Below are positions 47,591-60,454 of a DNA stretch of 64,000 bases, one piece after another. The stretch's first letter is position 1; each line of letters starts with the position of its first letter. Both the position numbers and the translations under genes were made by a program. This stretch comes from Gordius albopunctatus (Eukaryota): NCBI GenBank assembly GCA_964276515.1, contig OZ193909.1, forward strand, positions 8,308,001-8,372,000, read 5' to 3'. The notes under the pieces were generated by a model. It saw only the letters and a program-made list of their open reading frames with translations. It did not search any database and was not told the origin of the DNA.

Positions 47591-49181
47591 CAGGGATTTG
47601 AACCCACCCAAAATAAAAACGGGTTCGTGTTGGGGTTTGGCATAAATTTTGAAATCGGGTTCGTGTTTAAGGAATTGGGTTCGGGTTCAAGAAATTATAT
47701 TATACTAATAATACATTTTTACCTTCAAAAAATTATTGAATAGTTAACTTAATTTTTAAAAAAGACCTAATTAAATTCACATGATAATTATTTCATCTCA
47801 TTGTGCATATGTATTTATTGAATTTTTAATGTTCTAATTTATTTTTGGATTTAAAAGCAATAAAAATATAATTAATAAAAGCCATACCATATATGTAGAT
47901 TTAATTTAATATTTACAAATTTTTATGGAGTTATTATTAACTTTTTAAAAACTGTTATTATAATTAAAAACCATACCATAACTAATAAATATCTATCTAT
48001 CTATATATATAAAGTAAAGTGTATGTATATATATGTATGTAAGGGCTAAATTCTGAAACTACCGGCCCGATTCGCACAGAACTTTACCCGTAGGTTCCCA
48101 GGGCGGCCAGGGGTGAAATAGCTTTTTCAGAATCCTAAAATTCCTTTTAGTTTTAAAAATATGGGCCTTTTAGTTTTAAAAAATGGCTTAATTCTAAAAC
48201 TACCGGGCCCAATTCGCGCGAAAATTTAGTCGTAGATGCACAGGGAGGCCAGGGGTAAAATAGCTTTTTCAGATTCCTAAAATACCTTTTCGTTTTAAAA
48301 ATATCGCAAATTTCCCGGCCAGTTTAATTTATAGCAGCATATACAATAATGACGTCATACATACAAGGCTGAAGTTTTCTTGAATTAGATATTTAAAAGT
48401 ATAATAAAAATGTTAGTCTACGGTCAAAATTATTGGTGTTTAACAAATTATTTAAATTAAATAAATAATATTTAAATTATTATCACGTGGTCGATCATAG
48501 AAGCATATTTTTAATAATTATCCATCCTTCAATTAATTATTTTATTATATTAAAGAAAATTGTATTTCAAATAAATCAGCTAACTAGAAAAATAAAATAA
48601 TGGTCAGCATTGATCAGCAATTTTTTCAAAAACATTTAATTTTAGTCGGATTTGATGACTAAAACAGAATTCGCATTTGGTTTTTCTTATTATATATATA
48701 CTAAAAATAGTGGGTTCATAAAATCCATGACGTGATAAAATTCGTGCTCTAAATAAATATTATGGATATTTTATTTATTTGAATTATTATTTCATATATG
48801 ACACCATTTTATATAAGTCTTATTAATAGGTTATACTTATTTAACCACTTAAGGACTGAGCCAAAGCAACGCTTGGCCGGGCACATCGAGTTATATATAT
48901 AATGCTTACAAATAATTCTTGAGATAATTGGTATTGATTAATGAATGAAAAATGCCGGAAACATAAAAATATGTTTTCATTACATTGTCATGATAGAGGA
49001 AACTGAGATATTCAGTTCACAATATATTTTTGAATTAAAAACCCGAACCCGAACCCTTTTTTGTATTCATCGGGTTCGGGTTTTAAGGGTATTTTTAAAA
49101 ATGGGTTTGGGTTCGGGTTCCGTAAAACATCGGGTTTTACCCGGTTCGGGTTCAGGGGTTCGGGTTCGGGACAAACCCCTG
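47591..49181. mobile_element. hAT MITE with GGGTTC subterminal repeats, containing a Helitron
   Basis: Ends CAGGGATTTG / CAAACCCCTG; TSD CGTCAAAG/GGTCAAAG (7/8). Confidence 0.85.
48000..48890 (+). mobile_element. Non-autonomous Helitron, near-identical inverted copy of 46489-47429
   Basis: A|TCTATATATATAAAG start, same hairpin, end CGAG|T (mutated CTAG). Confidence 0.92.
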
Positions 49182-50139
49182 GGTCAAAGTACGTAGAAAT
49201 TCTTATTAATGCTCGCTTGCTAACGCAGATGGCGCTAGTACGCTGTATCTTACCTAGAGAGAGGCTAATGAAGGTACATAGCGACGGTGGCGCCAAGCTA
49301 TTGCATAGAGAGAGAAAGGGGTGGGAGAAGAATTGATATGGAACTTATAGGGCAAGATAGTTTTTTTAATTTAGACAAACTCTTACAAGTAAGTATTATT
49401 AGGGATGATTTATAATTTTACATAATATTAAATAATGTTCCTGTTTAATATTGCAATAGTTGCAATAAAATATCTATCAAATTTATAATTTTTTATGGAC
49501 TGAGATAAAGCGTTTGTAAAAAATACGGACTCGCACTGGCAGGGCTATACAGGAGGTCCTTAAGTATTAATTATTAAGACAGACTCGGCCAGGTCGAAAA
49601 TTTCTCAAATAGGGTAAGAATTGGCCGGCATTGAAAAAATCTGCCGTAATTTCTAAATAACATATTTAAATCAATTAAAGTTTTGGCTCATATATATTTA
49701 ATCCATATCTTTTATTGTTGAAATAATATATTATTTTATCTCAAGACAAAATGCGATTATATTTGTCTCCTAATTTGCCACCTATTAATATTAAAACATT
49801 TAATAAATGATAAATTAAATAAATTTCTAAACCCATACTTAGATTTTAATTTGATTATGTATACTGTCGAACACACAAAAACGAAATAGTGTGGTTCTCA
49901 AATAGAGATATCTTTTAATTATAAGTTGTTTCCCTTCAACAGAATGAATATTTAATAGGCAAAATTTTTATAAACATTAAGCATCTTTCTTAATTTTTAT
50001 ATACAAGCGTTCATTGAACAACATTTTTAAATTTAGAATAGCTGCTGACAAATGTAAATAAGCGAAAAAGGCTAATTTAATATTTCAATTTTTAGGGCCG
50101 AGTTATAAGTAATCATCCGTTTATAAAAATTCTTTCAAG

Positions 50140-50884
50140 ATGGTAAACGTGCACTGTTAATTTAATGCTAAAATGGTTCTAGGGTGTAGATATTCGTCAC
50201 AACAAAGACCGAAAGGCTGTGAGGAAAACTCCCAAAACGGACAATCCTTATATTGGACTTTTATACAAAGTATAAAGTTTTTTTTTATTAAATATAAACG
50301 TTTAGTTGTATAAATATATGGTCCGGAAAACAGATCTTAAATTCAATAAGATTATATTGAAACGTATAATGATGAGCAAAACCAATAGGCCTCCTATATC
50401 CATTGCAAGAATTGTAAGTCATATCAATTTTAAATCTATCTCAAATTAGGTACGTAAATCTAAAGGCCAGGAGGATAAACTTATTGTAGTAGTTGCTAAA
50501 ATTACAGATGATAAAAGAATATTTAAAATACCAAAATTAAATGTAAGTCTTATATTTTTATGAGCTCCAAATAATAGATATGTGCCTTGAGTGTTACAAA
50601 AACAGCAAGAAAAAGAATTATTGATGCTGGTGGTCAAATTCTTACCTTAGATCAACTTCCTCTAAAGGCACCTACTGGAAAAAACACCATCTTGCTTCAA
50701 GGTTTATATGTTATCAATCTTATAAAAATATTTTTTAGGGCCCAGAAAAGCACGTGAGGTGTATAGACACTTTGGACCTGCTCCTGGAGTTCCTCATAGC
50801 CATGCTAAACCTTATGTTAGATCCAAGGGTCGTAAGTTTGAGAAAGCACGTGGCAGAAGGAAGAGTAGAGGATACAAAACATAA
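50140..50884 (+). CDS. RPL18: 60S ribosomal protein L18 (eL18), 6 exons
   Basis: [49 protein letters not shown]. Exons 50140-50142, 50183-50269, 50306-50413, 50450-50542, 50578-50701, 50739-50884; introns 35-40 nt GT-AG; AATAAA at 50910-50915. Confidence 0.97.
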
Positions 50885-51818
50885 AACCTTATTGACCTTA
50901 CCTTAACTCAATAAAATATGTTTGAATTGATATACTCGTTTATTTTTGATTTATAATTGCTAATAGTGAAACTTGCTGTTAAATCATTTATAGCATTTTT
51001 TCATATTTTTTTTTAAATTTTGTATGGGCTTTATCCAGAAAAGGGTTTAATAATGGTCTGTGAAGTTATTGTATAGAATTAAAAATTTTCTTTAATAATT
51101 GTTAAGAAAAAAGTAATCAATCTTGAGCTCTTATTAAATCAAGAGTTTATTTTTAAAAGAAAATTTGATATCAGCTTGATGTTAATATGTGTTATTGATG
51201 TTTTTATATGTAAACCTTCTTGAAAATAAAAGTACATATTTTGGCAAGATTCATATAGAATATATATATTAAAAAAGGTCCTTGTAATAAAAATTAAATC
51301 AGTAGATCGCTAAATATAACAATTATATATTGTAAAGGATTCTTATGTTTTCCAAACTATTTTCAACACATATTACAACATAAATTTCTTATAATATCTA
51401 TCTTCAAATTTTTCTTAGATGTGCTATTGTCACAATTTCATATATCCTACTCTTGCTTAGATTGTTCTAGCACAATTTAGATTTTGTAATTATGGGCTAG
51501 ACTGGGCCTTAGATTTTATTCTCTGTTAAATACAATAGAGCAAGTTAGTGGAATTTAGAAAATCTAACCTATATCATGACTTGAAATATTTTTGACTTTG
51601 TTTTAATACTAGACTAGCTATATCCATCCAAATGTGCTTTGGCTTAGTTGTTATTTAGCCCAAAAATAAATAGAACATGTATGAAAAATTTTGGGTCATC
51701 TATAAGAGTTTTTGATGTACAAAATATAATGCTATATTATGTAGTGCTGCTTGAATTGTTTTTGCTTGTATAGTGCTAAACCTGGTAATAGGCACATATT
51801 GCTTACCATAACCATCAT

Positions 51819-52841
51819 CATAACCAGCACCAGGCTGGTTAATAACCCGGTTACTAGCATGGCAGATTAAAGTTGCCATGGTTGCTTGGTTGAGAGAGAT
51901 GCAAGTAACCGGGCATTTGGCAGATTGGATTGATATGAACCCTGGTATCGACCAGGCTCATTTTAAACTAAACCTGGTTTTTAGCTTACTATTAGAGTTG
52001 GCAGCTGCCATATAATGCTAATCAATATTTTTCAATCATAATATTAATCCTAAAAGGTGATAAAAAATTAAAATATATTATAAAGAACTTTGCCCCCTAC
52101 CTTTATTTGTCCCGTTGTTTTGCCTCCCCCCTATTTTTTACGCTCTTTCTAACCAGGGGGGTGTTTTGCCCCCCCCCCTTTTTATTCTCTTTCTCACCAG
52201 GGGGGTTGTTTTGCCCCCCTTTATTTTTTACGCTCTTTCTCACCACAAAAATTAAGTAACCGAAATTCGCGAGAACCGCATTAACTTTTTACAAAATACT
52301 CAACAATTTTGTAGTTAGATACAATACATTTGATTAAAATTGTAGTCAATTATTTAAGATTGCCACTTTTGAAATATCAAAATAAAGTTTTAGCCAAAGT
52401 GGTGGAAAATATTTTAAGGGGAGGGTAAAAAATAAGGGGCGGCAAACCCCCCCCCCCCTGGTGAGAAAGAAGGTAAAAAATAAGGGGGGGGGCAAAACAC
52501 CCCCCCTGGTTAGAAAGAGCGTAAAAAATAGGGGGGAGGCAAAACAACGGGACAAATAAAGGTAGGGGGCAAAGTTCTTTATAATATATTTTAATTTTTT
52601 TATCACCTTTTAGGATTAATATTATATGATTGAAAAATATTGATTAGCATTATATGGCAGCTGCCAACTCTAATAGTAAGCTAAAATTTAATTTGCTAAA
52701 AACCAGGTTTAGTTTAAAATGAGCCTGGTCGATACCAGGGTTCATATCAATCCAATCTGCCAAATGCCCGGTTACTTACATCTCTCTCAACCACTGCCAG
52801 TGATAGCAACCGGGTTTTTAAGCAGCATGGTGCTGGTTATG
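51819..52841. repeat. Long inverted repeat / foldback element (~410-bp arms, ~185-bp spacer)
   Basis: 51819-52245 is the reverse complement of 52430-52841; inner parts are nearly identical and contain poly-C/G subrepeats; no TSD recognised. Confidence 0.88.
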
Positions 52842-53414
52842 GGCGAGATGTATCATATTAACAACACTAATATTATGTATATAGTATTTAACTACGAAAA
52901 GGCATATTTATTCATAATTGAATCGATTTATTACAGTTTTGTCTACTTATTAGTGCGATGTTTAGCCATAACATTAGTGTATAGAAGGATGAGAGGTTCC
53001 CCCCTTGACAAAATTTCTTCTCAATTATACGGAAAAACTCGATAATATTAATAGGAGTCTTGTTAGTGTTGCGCATATAGAAATAATAAATTATATAATT
53101 TAATTTTAGATGAAATCTACTAATTTTAACACTGTCGAAAGTCGTTTTCTAATAAGAAATTAAATTCTTAATTATTTCCCTCAAAAATATCTCAACCTAT
53201 AAAATAAACTAGGAAGATGTAAGGGTAATTAATAATTTCATCTTTCTAAATACGTTTTTCCTACATTAGTTCTTTGTTTTGTACTACCAGAGAAAATTAT
53301 AATAATAAAAATACAAATTATTAATACTCGATGTTAATTTTACGAAGCGTTTTGCACATTTCATGATGATTTAGTAAATAAATTTTTTAAAATTTAAACA
53401 ATTAAAGCAAATAT

Positions 53415-54365
53415 AGCTGGCACCGCCCAACCCGCGCATGGATAGGCTTTTTGTTTAAAAATGCGGGCCGGGCTTGGACGAACGTTATAGTAATAAAACT
53501 GGCTCGGGACGAGCCTAGCTATAAGTAGGACATTTTATTTTTGTATTAGAATATATAAAAAATAGTGTTATTAAATTTTATTATTTAACTTAATATCCAA
53601 TCTATGAATTTTTTTTATTTATGTATAGAACTTGTGATATTTAAATAAGTGGATTTCAAGAGTTTTTTAAATAATTGGGTCATGAAAAATCAACAAAAAT
53701 AGGTATATTTTGTTATATAAAATTAACCATGCATAGAGCTTCAGTTATTATAAATGGTTTCTGCAGCTTCAAGTGCTACTAGTCAAAATTGGTGGCCCGT
53801 CAACTTTTCGAAAACCATCTTGCCGAATTGAATTTCCCAATGTTATAAAATGTCCCCCAAGAAATTGCATATTAATGATTCAATTCGGATTAAAGTCGAA
53901 AATTTAGGGTTTTTTATAATAAAATTGATAATTATTATAAAAGGTATTCAAGCCTTTTTTATGATAATGGAGAGATGTTCGTAATGTGCCAGGGTGAATT
54001 CGTTGATAGGGCACTGTCAAAATTTATCGGCGCGTTACTTGTTGGAAGAAAGTAAAGCCTGTTTGAGACAAATATTTTTGATCAATATTGAAAATTTTTA
54101 ACATAAATAAATGATTGCTTGTATTGACAAAAAATATTTAAAAAGCCGCAGAATATAAATGAATTTTTTATGAAGGGTGTAGGGTGGGCCTGTGCTTTGC
54201 AAAAAATCAACGAGGCGAACTCGGGCTTATATATTTATATTGGGTCCCGAGGAGAGATAATTTTTGTTACTGATGGGCAAATTAAGCCTAAAGAGCTCAT
54301 GCATGTGTTTAGTTTAAACAATGGCCCTAGTTAGCACAAACAGAAAAATCGGAAGAAAACTCTTT
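53415..54365 (-). mobile_element. Longer relative of the 18340-19080 element
   Basis: Shared terminal blocks in opposite orientation, with an extra internal segment at ~53760-54025. Confidence 0.6.
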
Positions 54366-54611
54366 CCCTCCAATAACCCATCGTAGATAATTAATTTATA
54401 TATTTTTAATTAGTTTATGTTAAATCAAAAATTTTTAACACAAAACTTAACTCTTCCCTCTAATTGGAGCCTCCGCCACCACTGTTTTTGAACTCCCCCC
54501 CCCTTGAGGCAATCCTGGCTACGCGTATGAGCGATAATATTCATAATTGGATAAAAAAAAGTGTAGGAGTCACGTGTGAGACGTAACTACGAATACCTCC
54601 CTCCCTGATAT

Positions 54612-54767
54612 ATTTACGTCCCGCTTGGTGATGGTGGTTGGAGGTAACTAAGACTTCGGACGGTTCGGGCCCATCTTTGACCGAGTAATCCTGGTATTTT
54701 TACCCAGTGGGAATGTACCCGGTGCCCCCGAAATGCCGCCTAAGGTCAAAGGGGCTGGGCCGTAAAT
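54612..54767 (+). other. GC-rich island with multi-stem RNA-like folding, identity unknown
   Basis: Pairings ATTTACG.CCC/GGG.CGTAAAT, GATGG/CCATC, CTTTGACC/GGTCAAAG, CTGG/CCAG and CGGTG/TGCCG. Confidence 0.45.
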
Positions 54768-55139
54768 GATAATAATGCTCAACAATATAGAGAAAAAATT
54801 TTAGTACAGGGTGTATAAGAGCGTAATGGATTCTTTTTTAAGATCTATAGAATTAAAATGAAGAGATATTAAAAAAGCACTTTCAAATTTGGTTAAAGGC
54901 CTTTACAATACTCGGTAGAAATCAGAATTAATTTGAAATAACACAAATTTCCGCGAATATAGTGGAGGCGAAAATTATATCTATCAGAGAGAAAATTAGA
55001 AATATAGTTACATAGTTAAACCTAGTAATGTTTTGGTCAATAAAAAAACCAATATTAAGGCTAAAAAAGTATAATGTAAACAAATTAATATTAATACACG
55101 TAATTGGCCATGTGAAGAGCAATCTGTTTCGAAATCTAT

Positions 55140-56290
55140 ACCGCAAATTTCTAGAGGCTTAAAAGGAAATTCTTAAATTCAAGTGGTAAATCTCTTGGAA
55201 TCAAAGGGATCTGTGGAATGAAGACATCTTCTCTAGTGTAAGGTTCAGTCAAGATAGTGGCTTTAGCAACGTTGCACTTCAAGCGCTTAACAGCGAGTGC
55301 GCATCATGATAATCGGTACGCCAATTTTCAAATGCAGAATGTTAGGTCGTATCCCTTCCCCTTGCATATCAAGTGATTTTAAAATTTCGATTGGACAATT
55401 AACAGCGTCATCAGCAAAAACAGTGTTAACAGACTTGTAAGTAATAGAATCGTCTTGATAGTTAAACAGATTGAGATTGTTAAGCTCATGGATGTCTTTA
55501 TTATTGGGGCGAGAATAATCCGTTGGTGGAGCCAAAATCCATTATGATAATGGGCTTAATATTTAAAAACACTTTTTCAACCAAAGCAGTTTTAGACGGA
55601 ATAAAATTGCAGAAGTCGGTAGGAAAAGGAATCCGCCTTGAACATATATCAACGGGTACGGTTCCGTTCCCAATTTCTAGCAATTGATGGGAGAATATCA
55701 CACCTGCAGGATTATTTTATAATACTACATAAGGCATAAAATATAATATTTCAGGGGATCGGCCTATCGCATTTTTTTGAATGTCAGGCCGTCCTGCTCG
55801 CTTTCCGGGTTTGCGAAATGATCTTTTGGGCAAATTTCATGTGTAATACGTAGGCACTTCTCAATATAGTAGCCTTTTGCGCAAAATTATCATGTTGACA
55901 TAGCTTAAAGAAGATATTAACGTTGTATCTGGGGATATAAGGCTATTTGTTTGATATAGGAATTTGTAAAATAAACGCGTTGCCCATTTTTTAGATGTAC
56001 AGCTAAGTGAACCACACCACGGCGTTGATATATAGAAAAGTGCTACTTCTGTATTTTCCAGTTTGATACTCTGCGATTTCATCCGTGTGAAGGCTCGCTA
56101 CATTTGCAGTGCTATTTGGTTGAACATTAATAACTGCCAAATCACTGACTTTGTTAACGTACTTACAAATGTATTTGATAGACTTAACCGAGTTACATAT
56201 TCAACGTTGATGTGTGCTTTGTATGATTTTAATAGCAAAGGACGATATGGAACAACCTAGCGTTATCCATCCCCCCCCCGACGATTGCGT
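55140..56290 (-). pseudogene. Decayed Helitron Rep/Helicase fragments
   Basis: KAHINVEY..VKSIKYICKYVNK, VVHLAVHLKNGQRV, QLLEIGNGTVPVD and LHLKIGVPIIMMR, with many frameshifts. Confidence 0.85.
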
Positions 56291-56757
56291 ACCAAAGTTC
56301 AATGGTTCCCACGTTTCAATTATCTTCTGGATTTTCTTATTTACAAGTATATCCTTCACTGCCCGTAAATGTGTTGCATAATAAACCTCGAAGACAGACG
56401 CAGGATTTTATTTTGGCCTCCCCAAAATAAAATAATTCTTTCTTCAAATATCGAAAAAATTTATAGGATTACTTTTAAAACTAACATGAAATTCCTCTAT
56501 AAAATTATTTTTTAGTTGTTTCCCCTTTTCAACTTGACAGCATTTAATGCCTGTGATAATTTAATGTTCTAAACTTGTTATTAATAACACCTGCTTAGGC
56601 GAGAGTCCTGCACATTGTTTTTCATTGGGCTGAGCTCAATCCATGGTGTTTTTGTTAAGCCCGTCCAAGAAAATAATGTTTTTAAGCCCATGTAAACTTT
56701 AAACAAATTATGAATTCCGAATCTGAAATTATCTCGTAGCATACAATAAATTTAATT

Positions 56758-58427
56758 CTTAACCGAGCTAGAAATACCTTGTAGTGGTGGTTGAGCTTGT
56801 GTACTCTCGTGATCCAGGAAGCTATACCTCTGGTAGCCAAACACAATTTGTATGTTTGTTACTGGTGGGGTCACCCTATTGGCAAGGTTCTTGGTGAAGG
56901 GTCAGACTAAAATTTCTGGGCTTTTTGAGGGAGTACTTAGTGAAATGGAAGTGCCAGATTAAGCCTATCAACACGAGTGGTCTAAAGAAAAGTTTAATTT
57001 ACAAAAATGACTGCATCATAAAGAATAGTAGGTAGTCAAGCGGCAAAATCTAACATAGTTCCGTCAGGCTTGGAAAGCCGGGATATCAATACTTCCTCTA
57101 AAATGCCTAACGAGTGGAGGGATAGCTACATGATCTCGATATACAAGATGAAAGGGGACATTCAGGATTGCAACAATTACAGAGGGATAAAGCTTATGAG
57201 TCACACTTTCAAGGTGTGAAAAAAAGTGATCGAAAAACGGCTTCGGATTTTGGTTCAAATTCGAGATAACCAATTCGGATTTATGCCGGAGAGGTCTACA
57301 GCAGACGCCCTAAACAGTGTTAGAAGATTAATGGAACGGTTTAAAGAAAGGGAAGAGGATTTGCATATGTGTTTCATCGATCTAGAAAAAAGTGTTCGAT
57401 TGTCTTGAAGAAAACAATGTGCCCGAAGTATACATCAGAGCAATAAAAGATATGTACAAGGGAAATAGAACATACGTTAGAACATCGGAGGGGACTAAAA
57501 AGGGCTTTGCCATTAACACTGGAATCCATCAAGGTTCAGCTCTTAGTTCCTTCTTGTTTATAATGATAATGGATAATATTACCAAGGACTTGGGCGAGGA
57601 AGCTCCTTGGGCAATGATCTTTACAGACGATATAATCCTCTGTGCCTAAAGTGAACAAGAATTGGCTAATACTGTAAATAGATGGGTAAATGCAATAGAA
57701 GAAAGTGGTCTCAAGGTAAATTGAAAGAAAACAGAATAAATGAAGACAAAGTTTAAATCGGATGAAAACCAGCAAAGTGCATCCCTTACTTTAGGCGATT
57801 GTCAACTTACAAGCGTGGATTCCTTCAAATATTTAGGATCAACACTTCAATCGGATGGTGGAATGGATAAAGAAATCCAAGCAAGGATAAATTCCGGATG
57901 GCTCAAGTGGAGGGACTTGACAGGTGTTCTGTGTGACAAAAACATCCCAAGAAGACTAAAAGGCGCACTGTATAAATCCATCATACAGCCAACAGTCCTG
58001 TATATCTCGGAATCATGGGCTATACGTAAAAGAGAAGAGCAACGTCTTGCGGCCATGGAGATGAGAATGCTAAGATGGGTGCTAGGAGTAAGCAAAAAGG
58101 ACCATAGGCGAAATGAAGAAATAAGAAGAATTTTGGGTACTACATCAATTGCGACAAAGCTCCTAACAAATAGACTAAGATGGTATGGCCATGTCGAAAG
58201 AAGGGACGATAGCTACGTAGGAAAGAAAATCGAGTTGATAAATTTCGTAGGAAAAAGAAGGAGAGGAAGATACAAGCTTACCTGGATTCATAAAATACGG
58301 CATGATATGAAAGTCCACAAGATAAAGAAAGATCTATGTAAACATAGAAACAAATGGAAACGAATGCTGAAAGGACTGACCACCAGCCTAGGTGACAAGC
58401 AGTCGTAGAAAGAAGAAGAAGAAGAAG
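56758..58427 (+). mobile_element. RTE LINE with 5' UTR retained, endonuclease region absent, (GAA)n tail
   Basis: 17-bp TSD ATACAATAAATTTAATT (56741-56757, 58428-58444); QFGFMPERST, FIDLEK, GIHQGSALS, FTDD and RLRWYGHVERR; GAA tail 58408-58427. Confidence 0.93.
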
Positions 58428-59644
58428 ATACAATAAATTTAATTGTTAATATTATATCCTCGGGCCAGACAAGGGGTCTAGAATATGGACAGATGGGGGA
58501 AACTGTTATGTCCTCTAAACTTTAACGATGATGTGGGCTGAAAGCGGGTTTTATCCTTTATTATTCTTAGTACCTTTATAATTATTATTTGTAGTCTGGG
58601 GATTGTTTAATCGGTACGGTCATTCGCTAAATCTGTTATACTCCAAATACTAGTTTATTATATCAAAATTCATTCGAATAATTATAAATACAATTCCGGA
58701 AAAGGTATATAATTGAAGTACACGGAAATAATGGGTAACACCATGATAATAGCGAGGGGAATAATTTCTAGCGATTACAAGGGGGAAAATTGGGTTTCCA
58801 GTGGGAAATTCTTATTATGGGGAGAAACTTTATTTCTCGTGTGCATCGATTTTCATGACGCTTATATAGGTTTTCTTTTTCTGGCTCGTATCTTTATCCT
58901 TGAAACTTCTTTTCTTTTTGACCCATTTTACCGCGCTAATTTTGTGATGAATGGCCCTTCACTTCCAAGGCTTTTCGAATCTTCGCCTGACGGTTCTAGT
59001 TTCCCACTACGTTTCTTAGACCAATTCATTATTTATAACCCGGTTCTGTTGTATCCTTGCTTTTCCCCGTTACTTCTTTCATTCCAAGCCGTGATTTATA
59101 ACCTTGTTTTGCTGTATCCTTGCTCTATTTCTTTACCCACCCAATCTTCGATAACCTTCCTCCGTCCTTAGCTCTCTTTTCGCAGCGTATCACGTGCGCA
59201 TTCCTAATATGGACTGGTTTCCTTTTTGAGAGTTCCTCATGGATATGACAGTTAATAAGTGAGAAAAACCATAAAAATTTAGACAAATGATTTGTTACAA
59301 TTATATTATTTTGCAACGATGGATTCATCATATTTTTCAATTCAATCTTAAAATTCTGGGCTTTGCAGTTAAAAAAATTATTTAAAATATAATCTGAGTA
59401 GCCCGATAATTTTAGTAGAATCCAGGATGCAGCAATCATCTGAAGCCCGATTGAGGCTCAAAATAGATCCAAAATTGTTTTTTTAATTCTTAGTTGATAC
59501 AATAATTAATTTATTTATAGCGTTATTTCTGACGTTCTGTCACCTTATCTAAAATCTTTTTATTCGCAACATTATTCTTAATAATGGAATTGAATATTGT
59601 GTTACTTGTCAACAATAATTTTTTATTAAGAAATTCATTTATTT

Positions 59645-59806
59645 TATGGGCGTAGCGAGCGTTAGAATTAGAAGGCAGCAATAATGATTTAGTAAGGCTA
59701 AAAAACTTTGTTTAAAATTTTAACCATAATTTTAATATATTTCAAGAAATTTTTGGATTTTGAAGAGGACAGCCGCCCCTCCCTGCCCCCCCTTGCTACG
59801 CCCATG
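59645..59806. mobile_element. hAT MITE (CATGGGCGTAG family)
   Basis: TATGGGCGTAGC / GCTACGCCCATG ends; TSD ATTTATTT/ATTTATTA. Confidence 0.8.
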
Positions 59807-60033
59807 ATTTATTAAAGTAAAATTAACTTATTAAATTTTTCAGCATCACATAAGTTTTAAAAAAATTCCGGGGGGGGGGGGGTTAACCCCAAAACCCTCC
59901 CCTTGCATACGCCACTGAATATAAGTGCTCATAGTTAATTAAGTAACACTCTAGCCGAGCGTCACCCCTCATCCAAATTTCTAAAGAAGCTGGCCACCTC
60001 AGTGTGACAAACAGCTATTGGAAATAATGATGA

Positions 60034-60110
60034 GGGGCATGGTGGCGTAGTGGTTATATGTTTAGACTTTGAAGCAAGAGCTTGCCGGTTGATACAGCTT
60101 TCGGCACTTA
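60034..60110 (+). pseudogene. tRNA-derived sequence (tRNA pseudogene or SINE head)
   Basis: A-box TGGCGTAGTGG and CT-TTG-AA anticodon-like loop, but a broken T-arm and acceptor stem. A related minus-strand piece at ~62636-62680 keeps GGTTCAAACC. Confidence 0.45.
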
Positions 60111-60454
60111 TTAGCACCTGTAAAAAATGTGTAAATATATGTTTTTATTCTTTTTTGCTAACACGCTTCTTATAAAACATTATTAAATTTGCTTAAATCA
60201 ATTTATTATTATCAACAAGTGTATTTTTTGTTTCAAAATATATAATTACATATTTATTTTGATATTTTAAATCTATTGATTTTGGAACCATAACAGAACT
60301 TTTTATATTTTTATTTTAACATTTTCAATCTATACATTTTGACATCCTTTATAGAAAAACCGTATATTACATACATTTTCTATCTATAAATTTTCGTTTT
60401 CAGGGCTATACCAAATAAAATGATTTTTTCCTATATATATATTTTACGTTTTCA

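Noticed and set aside
48945..49336. Gly/Phe-rich or Pro-rich ORFs
   Set aside because: They arise from the GGGTTC subterminal repeats of the hAT MITE.
50173..50175. Alternative RPL18 start ATG
   Set aside because: It is out of frame with GVDIRH; the ATG at 50140 followed by a 40-nt intron restores the conserved N-terminus.
60034..60110. Functional tRNA-Gln(TTG)
   Set aside because: The acceptor and T stems do not pair and the B-box is broken; kept only as a tRNA-derived relic.
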